Positions 29,029 to 40,325 are shown, counted from the stretch's first letter. The stretch: 64,000 bases of DNA from an uncultured virus (IMG/VR IMGVR_UViG_3300044635_001663) (IMGVR_UViG_3300044635_001663:62001-126000), one strand, 5' to 3'. The notes: a model not told the origin generated them from the letters alone. Made by a program: numbers and translations.

Positions 29029-29785
29029 CAATAAATGGGATCCAAAAGACCAGATTCTTTATCTAGAAGAATTTCTTGATCATTATAATAATAGGCCAAT
29101 TAAAGATAATACTGGCGGAATGAAATCCGCACATATGTTTAATGCTTGGTATGTTATTAAAAAATTAAAACCAAAATATATTATAGAAAGCGGAATATGG
29201 AAAGGTCAGGGGACTTGGTTTTTTGAGAAAGCTAGTCCAGAATCTTACATCATAAGCATAGATCCAATGCACCAGTATCGTGAGATAACTATTCCAAAAG
29301 CACAATATATAACTAATGATTTCACTGCTATAGATTGGGCAAAATCTTTAGATACTTCCGAAGCTTTAGTCTTTTTTGATGATCACCAGTCTTGCATAAA
29401 CAGAATACAACATTGTGTAAACCAAAAATTTATACATATTATGTTTGAAGACAACTATCCATATGACCAAGGAGATTGCTATAGTCCTAAAAAAATATTA
29501 TCTCAAAAAGAATATGTGATAGATAGAGGGGGAGATAAATCTTGGTTTCAGCCATCATTATCTGATTTTGAAACTCTTCAATCATCCATAGAAATATATC
29601 AAGAAATGCCTCCAATATTCTCTGATGTCAAAACTAGATGGGGTTGTGATTGGCTATCAAAATATGAAACCCCAAACCCATTATTATCTAGTGATCAGGC
29701 TAATGAATATGAATTATTTTATGAAGAAAGACTCGATTACACATGGATCTGCTACATAGAATTGATGCAAAATGCTTACAGATAA
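29015..29785 (+). CDS. Methyltransferase-like protein
   Basis: NTGGM, IIESGIWKGQGT, FFDDHQ, FEDNY. Confidence 0.6.
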   Translation: MIKNNNKWDPKDQILYLEEFLDHYNNRPIKDNTGGMKSAHMFNAWYVIKKLKPKYIIESGIWKGQGTWFFEKASPESYIISIDPMHQYREITIPKAQYITNDFTAIDWAKSLDTSEALVFFDDHQSCINRIQHCVNQKFIHIMFEDNYPYDQGDCYSPKKILSQKEYVIDRGGDKSWFQPSLSDFETLQSSIEIYQEMPPIFSDVKTRWGCDWLSKYETPNPLLSSDQANEYELFYEERLDYTWICYIELMQNAYR

Positions 29786-30245
29786 ACTAGAAGAAGATTT
29801 TTTTATGAATCATATAAATAACAATTCGTTGGTATTGGAATATGGTTCAGGGATTTCAACAAAAGAAATCGCTAAACGATGTAAATTCATCACATCGATT
29901 GAACATCAAGAAGAGTGGTATCATAAATTAAAAAATGAATTACAAAATAACTGTGAAATAATATTAAAAACACCTGATTTACCGTATATGGAAGGTGGTC
30001 ATTGTGGTACATACGATGAATTTAAATCTTACATAGAAGCGCCAATAGGTAAAGGTCCTTTTGATATTATTTTAATTGATGGTAGAGCTAGAGTTTCTTG
30101 TGCTTCAATAACTAAATCAATATCACACGATGATACTATTATTTTTATCCATGATTTTGATAGAGCGGAATATCAAGAAGTCTTAAGTTTCTTAGACTTA
30201 TTAGAAAAAGTTGGTACAATGGCTAAATTTAAATTAAAAAAATAA
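29772..30245 (+). CDS. SAM-dependent methyltransferase
   Basis: LEYGSGIST, SIEH, ILIDGRAR. Confidence 0.8.
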   Translation: MLTDKLEEDFFMNHINNNSLVLEYGSGISTKEIAKRCKFITSIEHQEEWYHKLKNELQNNCEIILKTPDLPYMEGGHCGTYDEFKSYIEAPIGKGPFDIILIDGRARVSCASITKSISHDDTIIFIHDFDRAEYQEVLSFLDLLEKVGTMAKFKLKK

Positions 30246-30251
30246 AAAATT

Positions 30252-30845
30252 ATGGAATATACTCACAATTGGAATCAAGAATTTAAAAATAATACTCATG
30301 GTATTAATAATCTATCACTATGTTTAGAAATTGGTTGTTTTGAAGGATTAACATCAAATTATATAATTGATAACATATTAAATGAAAATGGTAAATTAAT
30401 TTGTGTTGACCCACTAACTGATAATTACTTAAACACCGAATTAAATGATACTGATGTTGTTAATAATGATACTATTTATAAATATTTTAATAATCAATAT
30501 GACAGATTCATAAATAATACAAATCATTATATTAAAAATAATAAATTAGAATTATATAGAAATATTAGTTCAAATATATTTCCTGAATTAATTGAAAAAT
30601 ACGAATCCCAATTTGATTTAATATATATTGACGGTGACCATAGAGCATCAGCTGTTTATATTGATGCTGTTAATTCTTTTAGATTATGTAAAAAAAATGG
30701 CATTATTGTGTTTGATGATTATTCATGGGGTGAGATGTACAATGAAGAAGCAACTAGGTTTGGTATTGATAAATTTTTAAATGAATATGAAACCCATTAT
30801 GAATTAATTAAAAAAACATATCAAGTATTAATTAGGAAAAAATGA
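30252..30845 (+). CDS. Methyltransf_24-type methyltransferase
   Basis: LEIGCFEG, IYIDGDH, FDDY. Confidence 0.85.
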   Translation: MEYTHNWNQEFKNNTHGINNLSLCLEIGCFEGLTSNYIIDNILNENGKLICVDPLTDNYLNTELNDTDVVNNDTIYKYFNNQYDRFINNTNHYIKNNKLELYRNISSNIFPELIEKYESQFDLIYIDGDHRASAVYIDAVNSFRLCKKNGIIVFDDYSWGEMYNEEATRFGIDKFLNEYETHYELIKKTYQVLIRKK

Positions 30846-31759
30846 TACAATTATTTAACATAAATAACCATATAATTAATACTAGTAAATATAGTAATTT
30901 GCTACACGATAATGTTGTAACTAAATTCGAAGAAGCTATTGCTAATTATGTGGGTGCTAAATACGCTGTAACATTTAATAGTGCTACTAGTGCTTTATTC
31001 TTAGCCCTATTAGATAAAAATACTACAATAACAGTACCATCGATGATACCACCAGTAGTATTAAATGCTATTATTACATCTGGTAATAAACATAATTTTA
31101 CTGATGATATTAATTGGGTTGGTGATTCATATGTATTACATAGTTTTGATGATTATAAAATAGTTGACTCAGCACAAAAATTGGAAAAGAATCAGTTTAA
31201 AAACGAATGCAATCCAAATGACTTAATGGTATTTAGTTTTTATCCTACAAAACCAGTAGGAAGTTCTGATGGTGGTATGATAGTTTCTGATGATTTGGAA
31301 AAAATTACCCATCTAAGAGAAATGGCATTAAATGGTATGTCATATGCTGATAATAACTGGGAACGTAAAATTAAATTTGCTGGTTATAAAATGTACATGA
31401 ACAGTATTCAATGTGATATTGCATCACAAAACTTTGATTTATATGAAGATAAATTAGATAAGTTACGTATTGTTAAAGACATTTATAATAATGAATTAAA
31501 TTACTCAAATACTAGTAATCATTTATATAGAGTTAATATTTCTGATAGAAATGGTTTTATAAATGAAATGAAGAATAATAATATCATAACTGGTATTCAT
31601 TATAATGCAGCACATTTAAATGGTGTATATAAAATTGATAACGCTAACTGTCCTTTAAGTGAGTTAAACGCATTACAAACAGTGTCAATACCTTTCCATG
31701 AAGTATTGACTTTAAAAGATATTAAAACTATACTAGAAATTGTTAAAAAATATTTATGA
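30842..31759 (+). CDS. DegT-family aminotransferase (compact)
   Basis: NSATSAL, VDSAQ, SFYPTKPVGSSDGG, GYKM. Confidence 0.85.
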   Translation: MIQLFNINNHIINTSKYSNLLHDNVVTKFEEAIANYVGAKYAVTFNSATSALFLALLDKNTTITVPSMIPPVVLNAIITSGNKHNFTDDINWVGDSYVLHSFDDYKIVDSAQKLEKNQFKNECNPNDLMVFSFYPTKPVGSSDGGMIVSDDLEKITHLREMALNGMSYADNNWERKIKFAGYKMYMNSIQCDIASQNFDLYEDKLDKLRIVKDIYNNELNYSNTSNHLYRVNISDRNGFINEMKNNNIITGIHYNAAHLNGVYKIDNANCPLSELNALQTVSIPFHEVLTLKDIKTILEIVKKYL

Positions 31760-32169
31760 TTACTCAACTAAATAGTTTTGAAGATAGTAGAGGTTCTCTA
31801 TTACCAATAGAATTTGACTCACTACCATTCATACCTAAAAGAGTTTTTATTGTGAACAATGTGCCTTTAAATGATATTAGAGGTGGACATTCACATTATA
31901 AAACTAAACAATTGATAGTATGTACTAACGGTATTGTTAAAGTATTATTAGATAATGGCTTAACTAAAGACGAACACACTCTGTATAAAAATCAAACAAT
32001 ACTAATTAATGAAATGGTATGGGATACTCAACAATTTTTAACTCCTGATGCTGAAATAGTAGTGCTTTGTTCTACAAATTATGATGCTAATGATTATATT
32101 ATAGATTATAATGAATTTCAACATACATTGGGTCGTCGAGATCCCCCAGAAGGAAGATGGAGATCATGA
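31756..32169 (+). CDS. FdtA/QdtA (WxcM-like) sugar 3,4-ketoisomerase
   Basis: DSRGSL, RGGHSH, YDANDYI. Confidence 0.88.
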   Translation: MITQLNSFEDSRGSLLPIEFDSLPFIPKRVFIVNNVPLNDIRGGHSHYKTKQLIVCTNGIVKVLLDNGLTKDEHTLYKNQTILINEMVWDTQQFLTPDAEIVVLCSTNYDANDYIIDYNEFQHTLGRRDPPEGRWRS

Positions 32170-32195
32170 TGATTAATTTAACTATAGATATTCCG

Positions 32196-32285
<90 letters not shown>

Positions 32286-32302
32286 TATAAAAAGGGGGAC
32301 AA

Positions 32303-32857
32303 TTGAACATTCACAAAAATGGATTTTGGTTAGATATGAATTCAGACGGCCATTACTTCGACATAAACCTTAATTCTGAGATGATTAAGTTTTTAAGAGA
32401 GGAAAAAATAAATTCTATAATAGACCTTGGTTGTGGTAACGGAAGCTATTCCAAAGAATTTAAAAAAGAAGGTTTTTCATGCGATTGTTACGACGGAAAC
32501 CCCAACACAAAAGAGCTTACCGGAGGGCTCTGCTCAGAGATCAACCTTGCGGAAGAAATCGATTTAAATAAAAAATATGATTGTGTCGTTTCTTTAGAGG
32601 TCGGAGAACATATCCCAAAAGAATTTGAATCTATATTTATAGATAATATAATAAAACACTCAAAAGGACTGATAATTTTATCTTGGGCTGTGGTGGGGCA
32701 AGGAGGAAGAGGTCATGTAAACGAAAGAGATAATGACTACATAGAAAAAACTTTTTTAGACAAAGGATGGAAAAGAAATAAAGAAAAAGAAAAAGAATTA
32801 AGAGAGAAAAGTAGCTTAAGTTGGTTCAAAAAGACTATAATGGTTTACGAAATATAA
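32303..32857 (+). CDS. SAM-dependent methyltransferase (paralogue of 1686-2324)
   Basis: IDLGCGNG, LEVGEHI, GQGGRGHVN; TTG start after GGGGG. Confidence 0.8.
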   Translation: MNIHKNGFWLDMNSDGHYFDINLNSEMIKFLREEKINSIIDLGCGNGSYSKEFKKEGFSCDCYDGNPNTKELTGGLCSEINLAEEIDLNKKYDCVVSLEVGEHIPKEFESIFIDNIIKHSKGLIILSWAVVGQGGRGHVNERDNDYIEKTFLDKGWKRNKEKEKELREKSSLSWFKKTIMVYEI

Positions 32858-32900
32858 AAAGATCTCACAAAAAAACCTTTTAAAATAACGCAAGGAAAAA

Positions 32901-33461
32901 ATGGAACATTTTTATCAAAAAGTTGATGGGTGGTTCAACATGGAAAAACAATATCTAGAATTACTCAGCCATTGCCCGGATGGTGGAACTCTCGTTGAAC
33001 TAGGGGCGTGGAAAGGGAAAAGCACATGCTTCATAGCAACAGAAATTATAAAACAAAAAAGAAACCTAAAGTTTTATACGATAGACACGTTTGAAGGAAC
33101 TTCGGAACTATCAGATATTGCCGAGACGAGTGTTTACAACAAACAAGATAAGAACATACTAGACCAATTTATTAAAAATACGACCCCAGTAAAAGATAAC
33201 TTGAACTACATAATATCAAAAAGCCATGAAGCTGCCAAAGAATTTGACAACTTCTCGGTCGATTCTATATTCATAGACGCAGGACATTCCTACGAATCAG
33301 TAAAAAAAGATATAGAATGTTGGTATCCAAAAATGAAAAAAAATAGCATAATTTCCGGCCATGATTACACAGAAGGTTGGCCAGGAGTAATGAAAGCCGT
33401 AAATGAATTTTTTGGAAAACCGGATAAGGTAGAAAATAGTTGCTGGTTTAAATACTTGTAG
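32901..33461 (+). CDS. Methyltransf_24-type methyltransferase
   Basis: VELGAWKGKS, FIDAGHSYESV, GHDY. Confidence 0.88.
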   Translation: MEHFYQKVDGWFNMEKQYLELLSHCPDGGTLVELGAWKGKSTCFIATEIIKQKRNLKFYTIDTFEGTSELSDIAETSVYNKQDKNILDQFIKNTTPVKDNLNYIISKSHEAAKEFDNFSVDSIFIDAGHSYESVKKDIECWYPKMKKNSIISGHDYTEGWPGVMKAVNEFFGKPDKVENSCWFKYL

Positions 33462-33536
33462 CAAAAAAATACCTTCTAGAACACAACTATAGTAATTTAT
33501 ACTCGATAATAAACTACTTAACAAGGTGAGAAAAAA

Positions 33537-34277
33537 ATGAGCACTTTTAGCCAAGTTCCAAGTATCATAGGAGCTAATCAATTAGAAATAACAAAAAAAA
33601 ATCCATTGTCATATGCTCCCATTTCAAACTTATCTGTTGTGGTTGGTTTGAAAAACAGGTCCAGAGTTTTACAAACTTCCATAAATTCTTGGCTAATGAA
33701 ACCAGAAATTAAAGAAATAGTAATAGTCGATTGTTCTTCTTCTGATTTTAATTCAAAATACTTTGAATCTTTAGATAAACGAATCATAATTATAAGATCG
33801 CATGATGAAGAATACTTTAATCAGTCTAAAGTTTATAATATTGGAATTGAAAATTGTACTTATGAAAATATTCTAAAATTAGATGTCGATTACATCTTGA
33901 ATCCTTATATTGATTTGTGCGATTGGCTAAGTTTTGATTTGGAATCTGAGTTTTTTACCGGGCATTGGGGAGATGAATCGTTGGACAATTCCTTGGGGTT
34001 CTTGAAATATTTAAATGGATTTTTGTGTGCAAAAAAAGAACACATAATTAATGCCGGATTATACCAAGGAAATCAGCATGGTTATGGTTATGATGATTGT
34101 GATTTATACTCAAGACTAGAGAAATTAGGATTAAATAGACAACGACTTAAATTTGATAAAAATTTTGTACCAATTTTTCATATCCCACATGGCGACTACT
34201 TTAGGACAGAAAACTACAAAGAAAAAGATTTGTCTGTATCTTTGGAAAAAAACATGCATGAAAAAAGATCTCGCTAA
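33537..34277 (+). CDS. GT2/GT7-like glycosyltransferase
   Basis: KNR, LKLDVDY, GYGYDDCDLYSRL. Confidence 0.75.
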   Translation: MSTFSQVPSIIGANQLEITKKNPLSYAPISNLSVVVGLKNRSRVLQTSINSWLMKPEIKEIVIVDCSSSDFNSKYFESLDKRIIIIRSHDEEYFNQSKVYNIGIENCTYENILKLDVDYILNPYIDLCDWLSFDLESEFFTGHWGDESLDNSLGFLKYLNGFLCAKKEHIINAGLYQGNQHGYGYDDCDLYSRLEKLGLNRQRLKFDKNFVPIFHIPHGDYFRTENYKEKDLSVSLEKNMHEKRSR

Positions 34278-34375
34278 TCTGAAAGAATTTTCAGAAGAAT
34301 GTCCACAGAAAGTCTTTGAAATTATAAAAAAGCTTTTATCATGAAAATATTATCACTAAACGAAATTAAAAATAA
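34273..34375 (+). repeat. Junction repeat copy 4
   Basis: 103-bp match to 23955-24057. Confidence 0.9.
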
Positions 34376-34563
34376 AAGTTTGGAAAAATGACTACGACCT
34401 TATTGATGAAACAACATTATCTGATCAAGAAATGTCCGTAGTAAAACCAAAAGAATATCATTTGTTTGAAGCATTAGAAGACACTATAGCCTATGAAATA
34501 TACTGGACAGAGTTGTCCCAGAACGATATTATAAGGGAAACTAGTGGAGGACTTAATGAATAA
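34363..34563 (+). pseudogene. C-terminal fragment of a cupin-fold protein
   Basis: KLKIKVWKNDYDLIDETTL...VKPKEYHLFEALEDTIAYEIYW; no start codon at the head of the fragment. Confidence 0.6.
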
Positions 34564-35176
34564 AATACTATTCACCCAGTGGTTCAAAGCCACACCCGAA
34601 ATTCTAACTTACAATCTTTACTGTTTATATCAAAACCTTTCTAATGAAAGAATAGACAAACTAGTTCTATTTGTTGATAATTGCGAGTTCAACAACATTT
34701 TCAATGAAAAGTTGATTGTTGTTCCAATACAAACAAGACTTTCCTATAAAATGTGGATGGACTATGCTGATAAAGAATATCCAGAAGATATAAAAATACT
34801 ATCTAATTCTGATGTTTATTTTGATGAATCATTATCTTTTTTGGATCAAATAAATGAATGGGAAAATAGATTATATGTATTAACAAGAAAAGACTTAACA
34901 AAAGATGGCAATATAATTCCATCTGGAGGTACTTATAACCCAAATAACACAAGACAAATTAATCCGGAGATTTGTCAAGATGCTTGGATTTATAAACATA
35001 CTAATATTGAATTCAATAAAGATTGGAATTTAGGAGTAATGAATTGCGAAAATCATTTTAGAGAATTAGCTAAACAGTCTGGTATTATGGCAATAAATTT
35101 ATTTGAAAAAATAAGACTTGTTCATGTTGACTGGAGAACAGATAAAACGTATAGTCAAGTCCCATATACTACTTAA
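34556..35176 (+). CDS. Putative GT-A-like protein
   Basis: SNSDVYFD, LTR, QDAWIY, HVD. Confidence 0.55.
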   Translation: MNKILFTQWFKATPEILTYNLYCLYQNLSNERIDKLVLFVDNCEFNNIFNEKLIVVPIQTRLSYKMWMDYADKEYPEDIKILSNSDVYFDESLSFLDQINEWENRLYVLTRKDLTKDGNIIPSGGTYNPNNTRQINPEICQDAWIYKHTNIEFNKDWNLGVMNCENHFRELAKQSGIMAINLFEKIRLVHVDWRTDKTYSQVPYTT

Positions 35177-35216
35177 GTATTAATGCAAAACAAACTGAGT
35201 CACAGCTAGAAACGAT

Positions 35217-36041
35217 ATGAAAAAAACACAAAATATAGCAATAGTTCGATCCACTTATTATGATAGATCAGCCATGCTGCAATTATCTCTTGAATATCAA
35301 AACAACTCAGAAAATTCTGATAAATTCCAGACTTATGTTTTTGTTGACCCCCACCCAATACATGGATATTCAGTAGACTACGACAAAGTCATAACAGACA
35401 AATATATTCGTATCAATTGGCCAAGAAACTCTGGTAAATATAGCTGGTACGATTCTGTAAAATTTACTTTTGATAATACGGATTATGATTATGTAATAAG
35501 TATAGAAGACGACATTTTAATCAGTAAAGACTATTTAATGCTGTGTGAGCAATTATGTCAAGACAGAGCACTAGACAAAGATGATATACTATACTTCCAC
35601 ATAGGAGCATGGGAAAAACCAAAAGGAAATCCTAATAAAATAATTCGTTCAGCAACATCAATACGATCCTGTTTAATTAGTAGGTTTAAGTTTATAAAAT
35701 ATGTCAAGCCATATTACGATTCTATAAAAGAGATTGACGGCCTAGATTTAGATTTAAAAAATATATTAGTCAAAAATAATATGACTACAATAGCCCCAGA
35801 AACCAACCGGCATGGTCACATAGGAATATATGGATGGAGTGCAAACCATATTCATGGTGATAATAGGGGACAAAGCTCATTGTTTGATAAACCCTTAACT
35901 CATGAAGAACTATATTCTTTATTAAAAGAAAACTGTTTGTCTGGAACTAAACTTCTTGAATTAAACCAAAATAAGAGTCTAAATTATTTCTGGGATTTTG
36001 ATCCAAATATTTTTTTTGATAAAATAGAATATCGTATATAA
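35217..36041 (+). CDS. GT-A glycosyltransferase
   Basis: YDR, ISIEDDILI, HIGIYG. Confidence 0.65.
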   Translation: MKKTQNIAIVRSTYYDRSAMLQLSLEYQNNSENSDKFQTYVFVDPHPIHGYSVDYDKVITDKYIRINWPRNSGKYSWYDSVKFTFDNTDYDYVISIEDDILISKDYLMLCEQLCQDRALDKDDILYFHIGAWEKPKGNPNKIIRSATSIRSCLISRFKFIKYVKPYYDSIKEIDGLDLDLKNILVKNNMTTIAPETNRHGHIGIYGWSANHIHGDNRGQSSLFDKPLTHEELYSLLKENCLSGTKLLELNQNKSLNYFWDFDPNIFFDKIEYRI

Positions 36042-36077
36042 AAACTTACTATCATATTTAGAAGAGCACCATACATT

Positions 36078-36764
36078 ATGTTCAAGTATTTAGTATTAAA
36101 TCATATACCAAGATGTGGTGGATCAAGTTTAAAGAAAAGTATATATGACGGAATAAAAGATAATGTTTACTTTCAACAAGCTCCAGCTTATATATCAGAG
36201 CATACACATTCAAATATTTGTTTATATGAAAAACCCCACCTAATAGAAGCTATCCATACAGACACTCTTCTTTTCGTAGACCATAGTCCAACTTTTTTTA
36301 TTGAGAATAGTTTTAAATTACCTATAGAAGATACTTATAGAATACTTACTCTTAGAAACCCAATATCAAGAATAATTAGTCATATTCATTTTTTTTACAA
36401 TATACACATTAATAATATAGCTGAAGACGTATTAATAAATTACCTAGAACAATTTGGTAATTTAACAATAGATTACTTAACTAAATGTAAATTTTTAGAT
36501 ATTTCATTAGAACAAAAATATAAAGAAGCAAAAAAAATAATTAATGATTATCAATTCTGTTTTCAAGTTGAAAAACAAAAACTATGTGAAATTTTTAATT
36601 CTTCAAATCCTTTTGAATTGCATATACCTAATTATCACATAAATCGATCTACTATTGATAATATTATAGAAATTGAAATTAGCCCAAAAATAAAAAATAT
36701 TATATACAGCACAATCAAACTAGAAATTAAATTATTAGAAAAATATTATGAAATGGATCTCTAA
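36078..36764 (+). CDS. Sulfotransferase family protein
   Basis: HIPRCGGSS (5'-PSB-like) and LRNPISRIISH (3'-PB). Confidence 0.75.
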   Translation: MFKYLVLNHIPRCGGSSLKKSIYDGIKDNVYFQQAPAYISEHTHSNICLYEKPHLIEAIHTDTLLFVDHSPTFFIENSFKLPIEDTYRILTLRNPISRIISHIHFFYNIHINNIAEDVLINYLEQFGNLTIDYLTKCKFLDISLEQKYKEAKKIINDYQFCFQVEKQKLCEIFNSSNPFELHIPNYHINRSTIDNIIEIEISPKIKNIIYSTIKLEIKLLEKYYEMDL

Positions 36765-38895
36765 TGAATATACAAAACAATTAGTTGAAAACAACAAACA
36801 TCTCATTCCCGAAGATTTTGACCCCATGATCTATACATCAATGCATCCTGATCTTATTCAGTGTGAGGTAAACACCAGTCAAAAGGCCACAGAGCACTAC
36901 CTGATGTTCGGAATAGGCGAAGGTAGAAACTATAAACAAATTATGATTGAAAACCTAGACACAATAAACATAAAGGTTCCTGAATTTTGGAATAATGGTA
37001 AAAATTTATTGTATTTTTCTCCTATGGCTCCCGATTTTGATTGTAGTAGTGGAGGTAATAGATTGTTACAGATTCTGAAGATTTTAAAACTTGATTTCGA
37101 ATATAACGTATGGTTTTTATGTAACGGTTATAATAATCGCAAATATATAGAAATAGTAAAAGAATTAAATATACCAGTTTTTGTACCAAATATACACAAA
37201 GGAATATACTTAAATAAGTACTTGCAAGAAGCAGCTGATAATAAAATAATTTTTGATAATGCAATTTTTTCGTGGTACGATATAGGAAACCAGTACATAG
37301 ATATTGTTAAATCATTATTTCCTAGTATTAAAATTTTAGTAGACAGCGTGGATGTTCACTGGGTAAGAGAACAAAGAGGTAAAAATTCTGGGCAATTATT
37401 AATGACCCAAAATAATATAGAAGATAGGAAAAATATAGAAAAAAATGTATACTCAAAAGCTAACACAATATTCGCCATAACAGAGGACGATAAAAAACAT
37501 ATTCAAAAAGAACTAGGTTACGGATACAATATTAAAATACTAAGCAATATACATGATAGTAAAAATATTAAATTAGGAAAACACATAATTTTTATAGGTA
37601 ATTATAATCACGGCCCAAATGTCGAAGCGGTTAAAAAGACTATTAATATTTATACAAAATTTCAGAAAACTAAAACATATCATTCTTTAAAAAACAAACC
37701 CTGCCTGTTGATAGCTGGTCCGTATTTAGATGAATCAATTCAACAAAAGATCCAGAATATTCCAGAAATACAATATCTTGGACAAGTAGATAATCTTAAT
37801 GATTTATATAAAAAATCTTGTTTAATGATTGCTCCATTGTTTTGGGGAGCAGGTATTAAAGGGAAAATTTGTGATGCTGGAATGTGTGGGGTGCCTATAC
37901 TTACTTCTGATATAGGAAATGAAGGAATAAAATTTGCCCATAGACAAAATGCATTAATAACAAATTCAGAAGAAGGTTTTATAGAAGAGCTAGAATACTT
38001 CTTCTCTTTATCTCTAAAAGAAAAGGTTAATCTGGGCAGATCGGCACAAAAACATTTATCACAAATAGTATCTAGAACATCAGCAACTAATATTCTTAAG
38101 CATTCATTACAAGATAAACATATAATTATTAGTATAGTAACTTACAATCAACCAGAAAAATTAGAAAAATGTCTTGAGACCATATTAGAAAAAACAAAAT
38201 ATTCAAATTATAATATAGTTATTACAGATAATGGGATTCAAGACCAATCGGAATACATAAAAAATAAATTCAATACAGATAAAATAATATACATAAAAAA
38301 TAACACCAATGAGTATTTTATCATACCAAACAATAAAATTATTAATGATACAAAATATCAATCTTCTGATATATTATTAATTAATGATGATATAGAAATT
38401 TTAGATAATTATTGGTTAAATTATTTATACTCTAGTGCATATAGTGCTGACTACATTGCTGCTGCTGGAGGAAAAACATTATATCCAAATGGTAAGCTAG
38501 CAGAAGCTGGGGCAGAGCTATATTCTGATGGTACTGGCAGAAATAAGGGAAGGCATCAAGATGCTGATGATCCTCAATTTAATATCCCACACTATACTGG
38601 ATATTGCTCTGGATGCTTATTATATATGAGAAGAGACGCCATAGATAAACTTGGTCCACTAAGCGAGCAGCTTGATAAAATGTATTATGAAGATAGCGAG
38701 TGGCAATATCGAGCACATATTAACGGATTAAAAACCATATATGAACCAAGATGTGTTGCTATTCACGACGAAGGATCTTCTAGCGGAACAGACATAACAA
38801 AAGGAATGAAAAAATATCAAGAAATTAATAGGGTACAATTCTTAAAATTAATGAGAGATAAAACTAATCTTAAGATAGAAACATTTAATGAATAA
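36748..38895 (+). CDS. Multidomain glycosyltransferase (small N-terminal module + GT4-like + GT2)
   Basis: APL..GAGIKGKI; INDDIE, EAG, YCSGC, YYEDSE. Confidence 0.85.
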   Translation: MKWISNEYTKQLVENNKHLIPEDFDPMIYTSMHPDLIQCEVNTSQKATEHYLMFGIGEGRNYKQIMIENLDTINIKVPEFWNNGKNLLYFSPMAPDFDCSSGGNRLLQILKILKLDFEYNVWFLCNGYNNRKYIEIVKELNIPVFVPNIHKGIYLNKYLQEAADNKIIFDNAIFSWYDIGNQYIDIVKSLFPSIKILVDSVDVHWVREQRGKNSGQLLMTQNNIEDRKNIEKNVYSKANTIFAITEDDKKHIQKELGYGYNIKILSNIHDSKNIKLGKHIIFIGNYNHGPNVEAVKKTINIYTKFQKTKTYHSLKNKPCLLIAGPYLDESIQQKIQNIPEIQYLGQVDNLNDLYKKSCLMIAPLFWGAGIKGKICDAGMCGVPILTSDIGNEGIKFAHRQNALITNSEEGFIEELEYFFSLSLKEKVNLGRSAQKHLSQIVSRTSATNILKHSLQDKHIIISIVTYNQPEKLEKCLETILEKTKYSNYNIVITDNGIQDQSEYIKNKFNTDKIIYIKNNTNEYFIIPNNKIINDTKYQSSDILLINDDIEILDNYWLNYLYSSAYSADYIAAAGGKTLYPNGKLAEAGAELYSDGTGRNKGRHQDADDPQFNIPHYTGYCSGCLLYMRRDAIDKLGPLSEQLDKMYYEDSEWQYRAHINGLKTIYEPRCVAIHDEGSSSGTDITKGMKKYQEINRVQFLKLMRDKTNLKIETFNE

Positions 38896-40186
38896 TTTAG
38901 CAATTTTGACTACAATTTATAATCATCAAAATTCACCATTAGTTATTGAAAATTTTCATAAATTTGTTGCTTTTATTGATGGATGTGGTCTAGGTAATCA
39001 TTTATATATTTGTGAGATAATACCAGAGAATACAACCTCTAATCTCGATACCAATACTGGTACAATTTTTACTATCCATAACAATAGTCCCCTGTGGCAT
39101 AAAGAATCTGCTATAAATTTTTTGCTGAAAGAAATACCAAGACTATACGAATATATTGTTGTAGCAGATAGTGACATTATTTTAAATAATAATAATTGGC
39201 ACTATAAAACTTGTAATTTATTAAAAAATCATATTATGGTTCAATGTTTCGAAACAATTAAATATATTGGACCAGATGGTTTAGGTATGGATAGATATTA
39301 TGAAAGTACTGTAAAATTCTCAACTTTAAACAATCATATAAATGATGGTAATCCTGGAGGATTTATAGCATATAGAAAAAACTATTTATCCTATGTTGGG
39401 GGTTTATTTGATAAATGTTTGGTTGGTGGAGGAGATACTATAAATATAGTACCTTTTTTTATTGATAGTCACTATATTTCTATGAATATTTTTGATAGGG
39501 TTTTTTCTGATCACAAAGTCCAAATATTAGATTATATAGAAAAAAGCAAACAATTCATCTCTGCAACCAACTACAAAAAAACAGCATACATAGAAAATTG
39601 TCATGCAACTCATCAATATCATGGAATGATTCATAACAGAAACTATCATAGCAGATACGGCTTAATCAATACATTAAATTCTCAAAATTATATTGAACAA
39701 AACAATTTAGGATTTTATTCATTTACTAATAAACTCTTGTCAAACTATGATTTATCAAAAGATATTAAGGGATTTTTTGATAATAGATCTACTTCTTATT
39801 CTGATACTAAACCTATAATTTATAATTCTAATAAATATACTAGTGACAATAATAATAGTATCCTTTGGTTATCTGGCAATAATTGTCTTAACTTTAGAAA
39901 TATTAATAAAGCTAAAATCAGTTTTAAAAAACCTTATAAAATTCAATATATCAATATCAATATTAATGGATCTAATATAGACACAAATAACTTGTTGCTA
40001 GACGGGCATATGGTTATAGAAATATTAGAACCAATAAATATGATCATTGATTCAGACTACATTATCCCCCAGCGACTGTCTATGGGAACAGACATAAGGG
40101 AATTATCTATATACATCGACAATATACAAATTACTTCTGCTGACAAACCAGATTACTATGAATACCCTCTGACAGATGTAATATAA
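38888..40186 (+). CDS. Putative glycosyltransferase
   Basis: LWHKE..IN, ADSD, GGGD, HQYHG, C-terminal DIRELS. Confidence 0.6.
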   Translation: MNNLAILTTIYNHQNSPLVIENFHKFVAFIDGCGLGNHLYICEIIPENTTSNLDTNTGTIFTIHNNSPLWHKESAINFLLKEIPRLYEYIVVADSDIILNNNNWHYKTCNLLKNHIMVQCFETIKYIGPDGLGMDRYYESTVKFSTLNNHINDGNPGGFIAYRKNYLSYVGGLFDKCLVGGGDTINIVPFFIDSHYISMNIFDRVFSDHKVQILDYIEKSKQFISATNYKKTAYIENCHATHQYHGMIHNRNYHSRYGLINTLNSQNYIEQNNLGFYSFTNKLLSNYDLSKDIKGFFDNRSTSYSDTKPIIYNSNKYTSDNNNSILWLSGNNCLNFRNINKAKISFKKPYKIQYINININGSNIDTNNLLLDGHMVIEILEPINMIIDSDYIIPQRLSMGTDIRELSIYIDNIQITSADKPDYYEYPLTDVI

Positions 40187-40325
40187 TAAACAAGAATTTT
40201 TAGAACATCCGGTTGCTATTCCGACACAGAAACGTATAATGAATCACCTGGACACATCGAAGATTCAACAACCTGTCCCAAATCAATATGAGATTTTGGA
40301 AATAAAATTCTTAAACGGAACAAAC

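Noticed and set aside
34153..34344. 63-aa ORF ending KKLLS
   Set aside because: Produced by the junction repeat overlapping the GT gene end; not an independent gene
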